Source of the DNA: Mytilus californianus
Lineage: Eukaryota
Length of the DNA: 64,000 bases
Reading direction: 5' to 3'
NCBI RefSeq assembly: GCF_021869535.1
Contig: NW_026262690.1
Coordinates: forward strand, 36,642,001 to 36,706,000
Below the pieces are notes generated by a model that was not told the DNA's origin, did no database searches, and saw only the letters and a list, made by a program, of their open reading frames with translations. This document shows positions 39,101 to 51,302 of this stretch, one piece after another; positions within the stretch are counted from its first letter, which is position 1; each line of letters starts with the position of its first letter. The translations under genes and the position numbers were made by a program.

Positions 39101-40895
39101 CTGTTTGGTGACCTATAGTTGATTACACCGACGTCATTTGTTGGATAATCGTTTTATTGGTAATCATACCACATATTTTTTTATATATTAAATGATTTGT
39201 TAAACAGCCTTTGAAAGTATAAAATTTATTTATTTAACAAATATCCGACATCTCTATTGGTTTTTTAGGGTGGGGGTGTTCATAAGTGCTTTTACTCGTA
39301 GTTACTCATTGTTGTGTATTTCCTGTATATTTTAACATTGCTGTATTCTAATTTTGATTTTGCATATAACGTTTATAGGAATTTAACCATAGTTTGAAAA
39401 ATATATAAGACAAATGACAACATTTAAACGACAGTTTACATACAATTATATTTTGATGTTTTGCAATTTGGTTTTTATTACAATAAAACAATAACATTTT
39501 ATATTAAATTAATTTTCCGAATATAACTAGTGATAAGACAGAATGATGAGGTGTAACATGACGAAGGGATGAAGTCACAGGGGAACTTGAATATTAGTTC
39601 TCGCTATCATGCCTGTCTGGAATTTTTGAGGTGGTGGTGTTCAATCTATTAGAATCATTATGAAATTAAACTTTCCATCGTATGCTATGCGTGTGCTGTG
39701 ATAAACAGTCACTATTGAAGATATGAAAAAGCAATGTTATAGCCAAGGAAAACATAATGATTATGCAGCTGAGAAAATATTTTTCGCAAATAAATGGAAT
39801 GAAGCAACAGGAAAGACAGATACAAGAATCAATTAAAAGAAAACTATATGAATGCTTTGTTTTATGGTCTTTTTTATTTGTTTTAATATATCAATGTCGA
39901 AAGAGTAGGTCATACCTGTAGCGCATGTGTCTAAAAAATCGGAACTCGATCATCTTGAGCAACACAAATACATAAAACGACGCGTCGATTTAAGTGCCAT
40001 TATTCTAAATGAACTTACTGTGTTCGACGGCCCAATTAATGATAGCACGATAATCGGAATGTGAAGAGGACGAAGTATAGGACTTGGATACATCGTCAAA
40101 ATATGAATTTAATTTACATTCCTTTTTTCTCATTTTACAATATTTCTAAAAACTAATACATGCTATATTGTATTATTTTTCTCACTAAATAAATAACCTT
40201 GTTGGTATTCATAACCATGTAAGTCATTACTGACAAAAAAGCAATTTTGCTTCTTTATTGATCCTCTTTCACTTGTGGAAAGCAGATGAGCGTATCTTAA
40301 GTAACCATTATTTTCAACATGGAAAACACGGGATTGGTGAAGATAAATTTTCATCAATATGTCAGTTCTTAACAATTTATTGCCATTTTTATTGTAGTTT
40401 AATGTTCATGAAATGCAGAATATTTCACATAGCGAACAATGTTGTTATATCTACAAGAATCCTAAATTCGTGAATATGCTATGATGTTGATAAATAAAAT
40501 TTATTATTTCTCAATGAATAGAATAACTGAATTTTGGAGAAGCTCTTAAATGTACTTACATGCTTTTCACCTCTGATGGTTTCGATTTTTCTTCTGTTAG
40601 CAGTTGCTAGTACTCTAGCAAGGTAGTCTTAAATGGTGGCGCAACTTACAAATTGGTTATCATGCTATTTCATTAAATCCCTTAAGTTCATTTGGGGGAA
40701 GACGCTACTCGTAAAAGAGAGGCAAAAGATACCAAAGAGATATTCAAACTCATAATTCGAAATCAAACTGACAACGCCACGGCAAAAAACGAAAAATGAC
40801 GAATGGACAAAATGTACACATGAAAATGAAAACTAAAGACTGGGCAACACGAACCCCACCAAAAACCGGGGGTGATCTCCTCGTAACTTACGTTA
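33190..40895. repeat. segmental duplication unit 2 (paralog of 3910-11136)
   Basis: Colinear with unit 1. It has extra blocks at ~33342-33568, ~35780-36210 and ~39125-39475, and lacks the 6176-6273 and 8615-9067 insertions. Confidence 0.9.
33700..35268 (-). CDS. 7TM receptor gene 2, exon 1 (signal peptide, Cys-rich ectodomain)
   Basis: ORF 33682-35268, a close paralog of 4178-5740. Phase-0 donor AAG|GTAGGT at 33699. Splicing to 22159 gives about 1034 aa. Confidence 0.88.
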
Positions 40896-41302
40896 TTCCC
40901 CATTTTTCAATTTAGAAAGTTTCGGCGTACAACAGTACCGGCAAACCTGTTGTAAGACAGAAAAAAAACACAATATAGAAAACTTAAGACTGAGCAACAT
41001 GAACCCCACCAAAAACCGAGTGTGAAATCATAAATGCATGATTTAATTCGTTGAATAACAAATAGTTTAAATGAAAAAAAGATAGATAGGCGGAGGACAT
41101 GTTCCGGAGTCACAACGGGAATTTGAAGAAAAGGTAAACAATCACGATGTCATAGTGAATAAAGAAAACAATCTGAATATCTAGCCAAAAAAAGCAATAA
41201 AACGCCAGCTTACCGAAAACAAAACTTACAAAAAAGTGTCCACAGGCAGTGACATCAACCCAGGGTTGTGAAACTCATCAAAGATACCATGTTATATTTG
41301 TG

Positions 41303-41350
41303 TACGCCAGACGCGCGTTTTGTCTACAGAAGTATCATCAGTGATGCTCG
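41303..41350 (-). ncRNA. degenerate hammerhead motif (family A) in repeat 41267-41562
   Basis: GCATCA-CTGATGA-tacttctgtagac-AAAA-CGCGCG-TC-TGGCGT. GAAA is mutated and stem II is disrupted. Confidence 0.5.
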
Positions 41351-41587
41351 AAAAAAAAAGTTTAAAGACCAAATCAAGTACGAACTTAAAGGGCATTGTA
41401 AACCCAAATTCCGAAATATTTTGACAAATACAGCTAAGGTAATCCATTCCTTGTGTAAAAATTCTTTATTATTTCGAACAACTCATAGTGTTGTGAACAG
41501 TAAATTTATAAATAAGACCATATCAAAGGTATATCATGTCAGCAAAGAAGTGTTGACTACTGAATTAACACTATTATATTCATCAGA

Positions 41588-41815
41588 CAACTCTATATCT
41601 GGGCAACCTTTAGAAGCACTGCAGTCCAGACTACGATTACACTCCTCGCAAATATTGAATTGCTTTGGATCAGACGGAAAAGTCCAGATGTTTGAAGAAC
41701 TATCATAAAGGTATAGTCCATAAATGAGTACATACTCGTAAAATAAATTCGCTTCATTAACACTGAATGCATACAATGAAACGAATGATATTCCAAAGGC
41801 AATATCACGTTTTGA
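41588..41815 (-). pseudogene. truncated 5' fragment of the receptor exon 1 family
   Basis: LYAFSVNEANLFYEYVLIYG...SSSNIWTFPSDPKQFNICEECNRSLDCSASKGCPDIEL aligns to the paralog N-terminus. Cys residues are lost and it is cut off by the retrozyme-like repeat. Confidence 0.8.
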
Positions 41816-42269
41816 TGCAAACAGAAATGCTTACATGACCAGGAGTAAACGTAAAAATGGGAAAAGCAGAACCGTCGAATTTCAAAGAACCATAACGATT
41901 TTCGATTTTTGTTTTAAATTATTAATAAAAAAAAGTTCCATGTTGTGTCTAAAAGTAGTTAAGACAACAACCCAACGGTAAAAAAATTATTTAAAAAGCA
42001 TCTAAAAATCAACATACACATACGTCATCTACACCATCATTACGACATATTATAATTAAAGGTATACACTGAAGATGTTCCTGACTTTGCACAACCACAT
42101 CAACATGTGGCGTGATTATGCTAGTTTTGCGAATACTACATCCAATCCAATCCAAATATAATTTCAATAAAAGAACGTACAATACAAATCCGTTCATAAA
42201 AAGAAGTTAACTCTAACACAGCGGTATCAAACATGTTGACAACAAAATAACGAAAGTACAAGAAGAACA

Positions 42270-42500
42270 CTGCATTGGATACCTAAAGTGTCAATCGAAC
42301 AACGTTATATTGCTGGGTCATCTAAGTGTTCCACCTAACCTCGTTCTAAATTATTAGCATCAATTTTATCCGAAATCAAAGCTGTGCTTCAAAGTTGTTG
42401 TGAATCTACCTATTTTAGGGGCGGTATGAATCAGCTGTGGAAACTAAAACCAGCACAGATCTGTGAAGAGTACATGCAATTTACGTCTATTTCATCTTGC
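42270..42500 (+). mobile_element. Penelope-like RT fragment
   Basis: LHWIPK...QRYIAGSSKCST*PRSKLLASILSEIKAVLQSCCESTYFRGGMNQLWKLK parallels LYWITNLHK...GLQKYCETVYLRSGINHMWILK at 17.6-17.8 kb. Confidence 0.7.
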
Positions 42501-45228
42501 ACCAATCCCTTGCATATCCCAATTGTTTTTTAATATTTTATGATCTGTGTTAAGACACCATCACAGATATATATGTTATAAAGTGTCCAGAACAACGGTA
42601 AGCCCATAATATCACAATTGCAATTCTAACGAGTGTCTTAAATATGATGTTTAGGTACTATAGTGTAACATAAGAAATATTATCAATATCATAAGCTATA
42701 TATAAAACATATTTGGTGTGGCAAAATTAACAGTAAACAAACATATAATTCTTATAAACTTTTTACTTACAAAGAATGAATCTTAAAAAAAGTTAGTTGT
42801 TGTAATCTAAAGTTGTGTCTTTTCCACGAAATGTGTGTCTAAAATGAATATGTTAAACATGCAAATAAATAAAAATATTTGTAAGTGTCATCCTAATTGT
42901 TTCCATGTGATTTTGAACGTTAAAATCTCATGTGACCTGAGGCAGTCTTTTTTCAAATGAGGAAATGCATATGTATTAAATCTGTACTTTAAATATTTTG
43001 GACTAGAGCAACAGTTTAAAATTCTGTGGAATTCGATTAGGTAAGTTGAGTTAAAAACAGTAATTTTATATTTGGTATAGTCGACACAATTAGGTAACAT
43101 CATCAGTGTATTCAAGTAGGCAATGTTTCCGGTTGTCGTGTTTTCTCTATAGATAAACATGTGCAATTAAAGGTCAATATATCCTGTGAGTAGAGAGATT
43201 TTAATTTCTTTTGTTTTTTAGAGGAATGGACATCTTTGCATATATGTAAGTACACTGATGATACTATTAAAAGTAACGATAATCAAATACATGTTTTAAT
43301 TAAATAATTAAAAATTGTTTCAAACAGAAAGATCTCCGTCACTAATGAAGGCGAACATATATATATGGCACTCTGTTTAAATTAAAATAAGGAACTTCCT
43401 ACAAACAAAATTGTGTGCACTATATCCATAACTCGTTTATTAAAAGCCATAGTCCCATTCCCAAATGCTAAAACATATTGTTGTATAATTCGTTCACGAC
43501 TAGTCTTGTATATATGAAATCATTACTTATTAATGTGTGCATCTTTCTTGGTTTTGATGTGTTTATATTTGGTTTTAGATAATTATTTCAACCTGTTGAT
43601 GTACAGAATACAAAAAGGGGAACACATAAAGATATTTGAAAATTAATTCTTAAGTGAAAACGCGTTAACAACGTAAAAACAAAACGCCAATGTTTTAGAG
43701 TAGAGAAAAAAAATTAAAAATAATGACTGTTTTCTCATCAACATTTAATATAATACCCGAATGTTCTCTCAACTAACACGTAATCTCAGGTAAAATATCG
43801 AATTGAATAGTAAACAAATAAAACTATCACATAAGAATGATGTCATCAAAAATATAAACACGTATTTGGTGTTTGTAGAACATGATATATTTAGTACGAT
43901 ATGTCATACACATTTTCACACATTACACTGTCTTGTTGTTTACAAAAAATAATGTATTGCATTTGATTTATTGTTTAAGATAAATTTGTCTTTGTTTGTT
44001 TTGCAGTTCTTAAAAACTTTTATAGATATATACATTATTGACGACTTTTGAAAGAAAATTCAATTTTACTGATGTTGAGGACAAAATTTTCCGATGTCAT
44101 GCAGACTAAAAATATCTTGATATTGTGAATATGACATAAATATTGTTTCACAGGTACTGAATCAGATGTGTCAATTATTCCAGGACCAATGTCCTAAACT
44201 GAACGCTAAATTTTGAAGTGTTACATTGGTTTTTTAAATGTTTATTTCGGACAAAAGATAAAACCTACACTTACATCAAAGCTGTAATTCTAAAAAGCCA
44301 TGGTCAATGATCATTTTCCAATTTTGCTATCTCCATTCGTTTTTTGCATGCGTATGCAATATACCTTTGAATTTATATTCTGTTGAGTAGTTTCATTTTG
44401 TAATTTCAAAAACATGTTCCTAGTGGAGGGACATTAACGATAAAAATAATTTTATAATAATTTTTAATAAGCATATCGTCTGTACTATCTTGTTTTGCCC
44501 AGTCGTCACCTAAGGTAAAGGACGGATACTTTTTTATTTTTCAAGATGTCAGCATTATTGCACATATTTGTATGTCTTCTGAATAATAAGTTAATATATG
44601 AAATCAAAGAAACCTTTCAGAACAGAACAGTTATCTTTAAATTCATTTTTCTGGGAAAAACTTTTTCATTTTGTAATTAATAAACAACCCATTTTGTTCC
44701 AATCATACCCCTGTGATCTTACTTGACTGTTCTATTGAGACCCTTTCCGTTTATGTACTTCGAGATCGCGTTCAACAATTTCTGAAACTAATAATTGATG
44801 GACTTAAGACTTTTAAGATACTTTTATTCAAATAATAACTAATGAAAAAGTGAAATAGTTTAGTCAAGTAGGATCAAAGGTACACATGTATAACGAGAAT
44901 AATTTTCAAATATTTGCACTTTAAAAGAATGTTGCACACATGGATGTGTTTTTCTCTTTAAAAATCGAGTCAAAATACCCCATATTCCCAAGAAAAGTGC
45001 TTGTACTACGTCAGGATTATGAAGGTCAGTTCCACATGCTTAAAAGATGAAATTTTAAGTGTTTTAGAGTTATTACTAAGACATATTTGCACTCTATCTA
45101 CCCTAAAGAATTGTCACTTTTCCTTTTCTTTTTTGCTTGATTTTTAATGATAAATTTGAATCTTATTGTATATTAGATGTTTTTGTTGTTTTAGGATGCC
45201 AGGTTAGGGCTAACATAAAACTGAAGAA

Positions 45229-47313
45229 ATGAATACGTGCGAAAAACAAATCATTTGTAACTACAGACAAACTTTACTAAAATACGTTGATCCAATAATA
45301 GTGGTGGACGGATTATACCAAGTAGGTCACTTTTCTGCAAATCAAAGAAAACAGTTATATAATATATTGCAAACGTATTCTGATAGACAGTACATTTGGG
45401 ACGCATTATATCTGTTGATAACTGAAAAATGCAAACTTCAATCTTTGTTGGAATTGTTACTTGTCAACGGATACAGGGACATGGCTATAGAAATGAGCCA
45501 AAAAGTAAGGATTGCAACACCACAACAAAAACAAATTTTCCGTATTCATAGAACCAAAACAGGAAACTCAAGTCATCGATTTGCACAAAGATTATTTATG
45601 AACTTCAAAATTAACACTCATAACAATGCATTTATAAATCCACGAAAATATTGTCATGAAGAATCTCAGAAATATAAGGTGCAATTAGAGAGATGCCAGA
45701 GTATTGATGATGATACCGTTAAAAGAGGGATTGCTGATAAATATGCAGCATGTCTTCTGGCAGAAATAGATTCTCATTTAATGTTATATACTAAAAATAG
45801 TTTTCTTAGTAGTTTAATGATAGAACTACAAAGACTAATTCCAAAAACAACTAACTCAAGCATAACACACTTATCTTATCAATCACGATTAGCTATAAGA
45901 TACGCACTTGAAGGTAAGCATGATGTTGAGGAAGAGCATTTGCAAAGTGCTATTTGTACATCTCTTCTTGTAGGTCGTTGTGTGGAAATCTCTAACTTGC
46001 TTTACATATATGCTTTTAACCTTCTTTGCCGTTATGAGAAATACCCTACTAAAAACCTACGTGACAAGGTCATTCATATTGCAGAACTAGGACTTCAAAG
46101 TGTTGACGAAGAAGAAGAATCGATAAGAGAGTTTTGGATGCGTCTTTTCATAATACGAATTATATATTGTTTGTTAGGATTAAGTTTCAGAGGTGATCCT
46201 ATATCTGGAATAACAATCGATAAACACAGTATGAGGAGAGCAAAACTAATGCTTGCTGAACTTGATCGTCTTTGGGAAACGATTGAATCGCGTAGAAAAA
46301 TCATGTATTACGTTGCTAAAGCTAGAGTTGCGGAACTTGAACGGAATGATGGATATATTGATACAGTTTCTTTTTTTCTTAATATGGCAATAAAAATAGG
46401 CGAAGAAGGTGAATATGGCGAAACACAATTCATTAAACAATATGCCACATACTTCAAAACTGACAAAAATCAATTTCTACCATCAGAATCTGAGATTTTC
46501 AATATTCCTACAGAATTGCAAATGTTTCCCCTAATTAAAGGTGTACCAAGTAATCCTATTCTTTATGAAATTAATAATGCCGAATCAACGTTTAACACAT
46601 TTATATTTGGAACAGATGAAAATGAATATAACGATAAAACGAGTCTTAAATCTGTTAAACAGCCAATCACTTGGACGAGAGTTTTTCCAGAATCTCTGAT
46701 AGAACAAACAAGGTTTTCCAAGGTGAAGAAAAAGCTAACAAATGAATTTTATGAATCGACCATTCAAAAGTCAAAGACATCAGTCAAATATTTTTCAGAT
46801 GAGGATACATCAGCTTTTTGTGGTAAAACATGCAAAAGGTCAGTTATTGAAAAATACGACAATGTTCCAAAACTGTCAGAGCTAATGGAATGTGACGACT
46901 ATGTTCTAAAGTCTCTAAATATTCAAAAAATTGAAGACCGAAATATTTTAGAAGACGATGAAACCCATTTAAAGTCGTCAACATTGGATGAACATAAAGA
47001 AACAGCTCCAAAATTATTTGTTGAATGCAACACCGGACCAGTTTTAAAATCTCATGGATCTAACCCAATATCAAAAGGTACTACAAATACCCACTCAATT
47101 TTAAAGTCATCACAAAGAACCTTAACAAAAGATACGAACGATGATAATACTATTCTAAAGTCACCGCAAAATACTAAAGCTGAAGAAACAATCGTCAAGA
47201 TTCCTGCATCAATCAAAGATAAATCGAATTCTAGTGTCGATAAGTCATCTATCCATGAATGTGAAACGCCGAATCTAGAATCGTATCCTTTCCAAGACAT
47301 TCATGGCTGTTAA
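45229..47313 (+). CDS. CARD-like death-fold domain + alpha-helical (TPR-like) domain + low-complexity tail, 694 aa, single coding exon
   Basis: Uninterrupted 2085-nt ORF in AT-rich DNA. Residues ~5-90 fit the CARD pattern (YRQTLLKYVDPIIVVDGLYQVGHF...LLELLLVNGYRDMAIEM). Candidate acceptor ttgttttAG at 45194-45195 and AATAAA just after the stop. Domain names come from pattern recognition only. Confidence 0.8.
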   Translation: MNTCEKQIICNYRQTLLKYVDPIIVVDGLYQVGHFSANQRKQLYNILQTYSDRQYIWDALYLLITEKCKLQSLLELLLVNGYRDMAIEMSQKVRIATPQQKQIFRIHRTKTGNSSHRFAQRLFMNFKINTHNNAFINPRKYCHEESQKYKVQLERCQSIDDDTVKRGIADKYAACLLAEIDSHLMLYTKNSFLSSLMIELQRLIPKTTNSSITHLSYQSRLAIRYALEGKHDVEEEHLQSAICTSLLVGRCVEISNLLYIYAFNLLCRYEKYPTKNLRDKVIHIAELGLQSVDEEEESIREFWMRLFIIRIIYCLLGLSFRGDPISGITIDKHSMRRAKLMLAELDRLWETIESRRKIMYYVAKARVAELERNDGYIDTVSFFLNMAIKIGEEGEYGETQFIKQYATYFKTDKNQFLPSESEIFNIPTELQMFPLIKGVPSNPILYEINNAESTFNTFIFGTDENEYNDKTSLKSVKQPITWTRVFPESLIEQTRFSKVKKKLTNEFYESTIQKSKTSVKYFSDEDTSAFCGKTCKRSVIEKYDNVPKLSELMECDDYVLKSLNIQKIEDRNILEDDETHLKSSTLDEHKETAPKLFVECNTGPVLKSHGSNPISKGTTNTHSILKSSQRTLTKDTNDDNTILKSPQNTKAEETIVKIPASIKDKSNSSVDKSSIHECETPNLESYPFQDIHGC

Positions 47314-47941
47314 GTATGAATAAAGTGTACTTCAAGTTTGTATTTCTATATTTCAACTGATCTTAAACAATAAAGTGATACAGTTAACAATTAACATTCC
47401 CTGTGGTTATTATTTTCTGCAAAAATTCATAGTGGGAGCACGATTTTTCGGTGTATTTTGGGACATGTTTTGACTATGTTGGTACTTTTATTGGTTATTT
47501 AAGACATCCGATTCAGTTTGCTTGGTAATACAAAGAAACTTTAATGAATAAAGATCAAGGATTGACATAAAAATATCGCATAACATGTCAAACATTGTAT
47601 GTTCAAACATGTTTTATTTCTGGACAGACTTGCATTACAAGGGTCTTTTTCGAATTATTTTTGATTTTTGAGATAACTGTCTCAGTGACGTCTAAACAAC
47701 CCCAATTATCTAGAATATATCGTGATCTGAATAAACCATCAGTCGAAAAAAAGCAGACGACACCACGGTCAAAAAGAATAACAAACCGAAGATTAGGATG
47801 TCCAAAAACACTATACAAAATACTAAAACCGCAATACCAGTCATAAAATTTAGAAAATTGATACCCTTTTAAGTGCATGTTGAGATTTTTTGAATGTGAT
47901 TTATTGTAACAGTACGTTGTAGTTAACGTTGATGTACAAAC

Positions 47942-48075
47942 TGGCCATATTTATGCCACCTAAATTGAATGCCATCTATACGCCACCTAAACTGCATGCC
48001 ATCTGTACACCACCTACACTTTATGCTATATATACGCCACCTAAACTGTATGCCATCTGTACGCCACCTACTTAC
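47942..48075 (+). repeat. 27-bp minisatellite, ~5 copies
   Basis: Unit ATGCCATCTATACGCCACCTAAACTGC with variants starting at 47942, 47969, 47996, 48023 and 48050. Confidence 0.9.
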
Positions 48076-48326
48076 AAAGAATTCACACGAAAGGCGTCTT
48101 GTCTTCCGACTTAGTTTACAAAGGTTTTAAATGCTATCAATATGGGTAATGGTCTTCAATACAGCAATTCTGAAAGCACACGTGTCTGTTTGACATCTAT
48201 GTCATAGCATTAAAAAAGAATTCCATGTATATCATCATATATACGCGTTTCTTGCGTATCAAATGATAAGCCTGACATCATTGCAATCAAAGTTGACTCA
48301 TCCAATATACCAGGCTTATAATTTGG

Positions 48327-48372
48327 TACGTCAGATGCGAGTTTCGTCTACACGAGACTCAGCAGTGGCGTT
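48327..48372 (-). ncRNA. degenerate hammerhead motif (family A) in repeat ~48300-48605
   Basis: ACGCCA-CTGCTGA-GTC-TCGTGTA-GAC-GAAA-CTCGCA-TC-TGACGT. One core base is mutated. Confidence 0.5.
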
Positions 48373-49943
48373 TGAATCAAAAACGGTTGAAAGTCTAGAT
48401 CAAGTGTAATGTTAAAGAGCTTCGACAACTAAAATACCGAAAAATTATGACAAATGGCTAAGATAGTTAGCTAGCCAGGGATAGAAAAACACGAGATTAT
48501 TGAATGATTAGAATGATAGTAATCAGTAAATTACAGAAAATAAACAATAAATAATATTTCATGTCAACACACAAGTGCTGACTACTCGGCTGGTGATATC
48601 CCGACCATAAATTGTGTATTCCAGACGCAAGTAACGATATAACTGGAAATTACAATTACCCAGAAGGAGAAACATTTGAATAACAAGTCTTTTTTGTCCT
48701 TGTCTATGTTGTAAAATCCAATCAATATACAATTATAGACTTTGTATGAGGTCGATACGAGGTTATATCGACATAAGAGAAGCATATTGATCGAGGACGA
48801 AGTCCGAGGTCGATATAACATCGTATTGACCTCAGCCAAAGGCTACAATTGTTGTATTATTGATCAACAACAATTACATGAACAATGTAAAATTGGGGAT
48901 TTCTAGAATGTATTTTTAGTAACATGCTGTATGCCCTGTGCAATATGCTGTTTTTTACCTATGAGAAGCTTAACAAAACCATTTTGGCGTGCAAACTGAG
49001 TGAATGCAAATGTACATGTGATAAAGTTTTAACAAATCACAAATCCTTAAAAATATTGGATTAATAATATTAACAAATATACATAACATCCCTTTATTAG
49101 ATACGAAAATTAGACAGGTCTAAGTTCGGTTAGCCAAGCCTCTTTGAGACTCTTTGACATCTGTGTCAAAATGGTCATATCAAGATTGTATCACGTTTAC
49201 TCATCTAGAAGGCTGAATCATATGTGGATTTTTAAATGTATTTAAGTAATTTAAATCTAAAATACTTCGAATTTTGCAGCAAACGTTTTTGTCTTTTCTC
49301 CTCTTAATACTTAAATTTTTCTGATAACACGAAAGATAATTTCCAACATTACTATACTAGTATCGTTGTTTTCTTTACCGAAATGACGTATTGATATCTG
49401 GTTTTATACGGACAAGAGCATACCATGTCAGGGAGATTAACTAATACACAAAACCGTTTCAATAAATATTCTTCGACAAGTTCGGTCACAGGTTTTTCAA
49501 ACGACAATTGCCATTCCGGTTAGAAATAATGTACAGTACTCTTTATGGATATGTTTTCTTAACTCGTCTGAAACAGAATTTATCGGGTTTTTTTTTTTTT
49601 TTATTTAAAAAAATATGAAATTTTATTTCCGTTTTCCTTATACAAATGATGTACATTCATAAAATTATAAGAAAGGCATATATATCAAACCTAAACAATT
49701 GAAAGGCAGATGCGTTGTGAGCTATTTGATCAAAAGGTTATTCATGTTAGGTCCGATGCTTTTTTCTGGAACTTATCTTAATAAAAAGATTATTTAAACA
49801 TTTGAAACGCAGGAATATAAAAATAAGTAGAACAGTAAGAGCCTATATGACCAAAATGGATCTAACAAGAATAGCCAAATTCATCTAAGGTCAACTTTGC
49901 ATGAGGGAGTATGAACCTTAGTTTCAGAATTATTCTCAAAAGC

Positions 49944-50198
49944 AGGGCCATCGGTGGCCGAATTGTCTAAGTAGTCCAACTACTGTATCACTAGCCTATC
50001 AACACTGAGGTTGTGAGTTCGTATCCCGCGCGTGGCAGGTACAATCGACTCCAATCTTAATTGACTATGATTGTCAGTTTTCCAACCGAAGTTCCGTGGT
50101 TCTCTCCTGCTTCCTCCACCAATAAAAACTGACCGTCACAAAATAGCACAATAGTGTTGAAAGTAGCGTTAAACAACAATCAATCAATCAATCAATCT
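49944..50198 (+). mobile_element. tRNA-derived SINE with (AATC)n tail
   Basis: A-box-like GGTGGCCGAATTGTCTAAG, B-box-like GAGTTCGTATCCC, central ggttctctcctgcttcctccaccaataaaa segment (resembles the Meta domain of bivalve SINEs) and a (CAAT)n tail. Confidence 0.75.
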
Positions 50199-50244
50199 TA
50201 ATTAGCAAAAACTTTATTTGTAACAGCAATATTTTTTTTATTCA

Positions 50245-50290
50245 AGCGTCACTGATATGTTTTTTGTAGACGAAACGCGCGTCTGGCATA
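50245..50290 (+). ncRNA. degenerate hammerhead motif (family A)
   Basis: GCGTCA-CTGATATG-ttttttgtagac-GAAA-CGCGCG-TC-TGGCAT. The core is mutated. Confidence 0.5.
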
Positions 50291-50536
50291 CCAAATTATA
50301 AGCCTGGTATCTTTAATGTATTTAAAATGAGTATTTTTACAGTCACCATCACAAATCGCTCTATCACTATCATGTGAGTGTGTCGTAGCTGATTAAAGAC
50401 ACATTTAAGATGATCTTTGATATCCAATTCAAGCATTTTGAGATTCCAGATTGCTTAATGGTTGGTTGTTGTTTCCAACGGCAATTATTTCACTTATAGT
50501 CAGATAGTTATCAAAGGTACCAGGCTTATAATTTGA

Positions 50537-50583
50537 TACGCCAGACGCGCGTTTCGTCTACATAAGACTCATTAGTAACGCTC
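50537..50583 (-). ncRNA. degenerate hammerhead motif (family A)
   Basis: GCGTTA-CTAATGA-GTC-TTATGTA-GAC-GAAA-CGCGCG-TC-TGGCGT. There is a single G-to-A change in the core. Confidence 0.55.
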
Positions 50584-51302
50584 AGATCAAAATATTTATA
50601 AAGCCAAACAAGTCAGAGCAAGAACTAATTTATCCGTAAAATCAATTATGATTTTAAAAGTTGGTTGACCCTTTGAAATGTCCTAACAATTTGACTGTCA
50701 TTGAATAAAAGAGTAATACGTCCCCATTTTGACTGGACTTTGTATTTTATAAATATCGCCCAGCCAAAAAAAATCAGCTAGAGTCTTAATGGCACCTACG
50801 TAACAAAGAGAAAAGTTAATGTACTAATATTTTTTTATATTATTAGTATCTCTTAGACAATGTATAACTTAACTTCAAATGGATGTATTCCTGTGAATAC
50901 CCTTGCACATTTTTTGATGGCTACTAAACATTTCTAAAATCTACTGAAATTAAAATTACAGTTTTGAGCTATTTCTAGAAAACAATATATTGGTCGTATG
51001 TTTAGATATAAGCTATAATATGCTTAGAACCTTAAAGTACATTAAACCATATTCACTGCTTCCATCGAGAGGGGTTAACTACATAAAAATCCACTGGGTA
51101 AAAATTGGATTCAGTCACTAGACCTCTACCTGGGTTTTGCCCTACACTTACTATCAAGTCTAACTATAAAACTGAAATAGACAAAGGAGTGTTTATTTAG
51201 ACCACCTTACATGTAATGTGAAAAATGAGAAAAGATAACAACTCAGTTATATAAGTAGTTTGCCTTGGAGAAGACTTGTACAGGATATTCCTTCATCATA
51301 CA

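Noticed and set aside
41268-41708. 146-aa plus-strand ORF
   Set aside because: It is a chimera of the retrozyme-like repeat and the antisense of the receptor fragment.
44842-44856. IRF-element-like gaaaaagtgaaa upstream of the CARD-like gene
   Set aside because: It is a single low-complexity match and the transcription start is unknown.
46095-47300. Minus-strand ORFs within the 694-aa gene
   Set aside because: They are antisense shadows of the real ORF.
49944-50030. Possible tRNA gene
   Set aside because: It has A/B boxes but no cloverleaf, and continues into a SINE body and (AATC)n tail.
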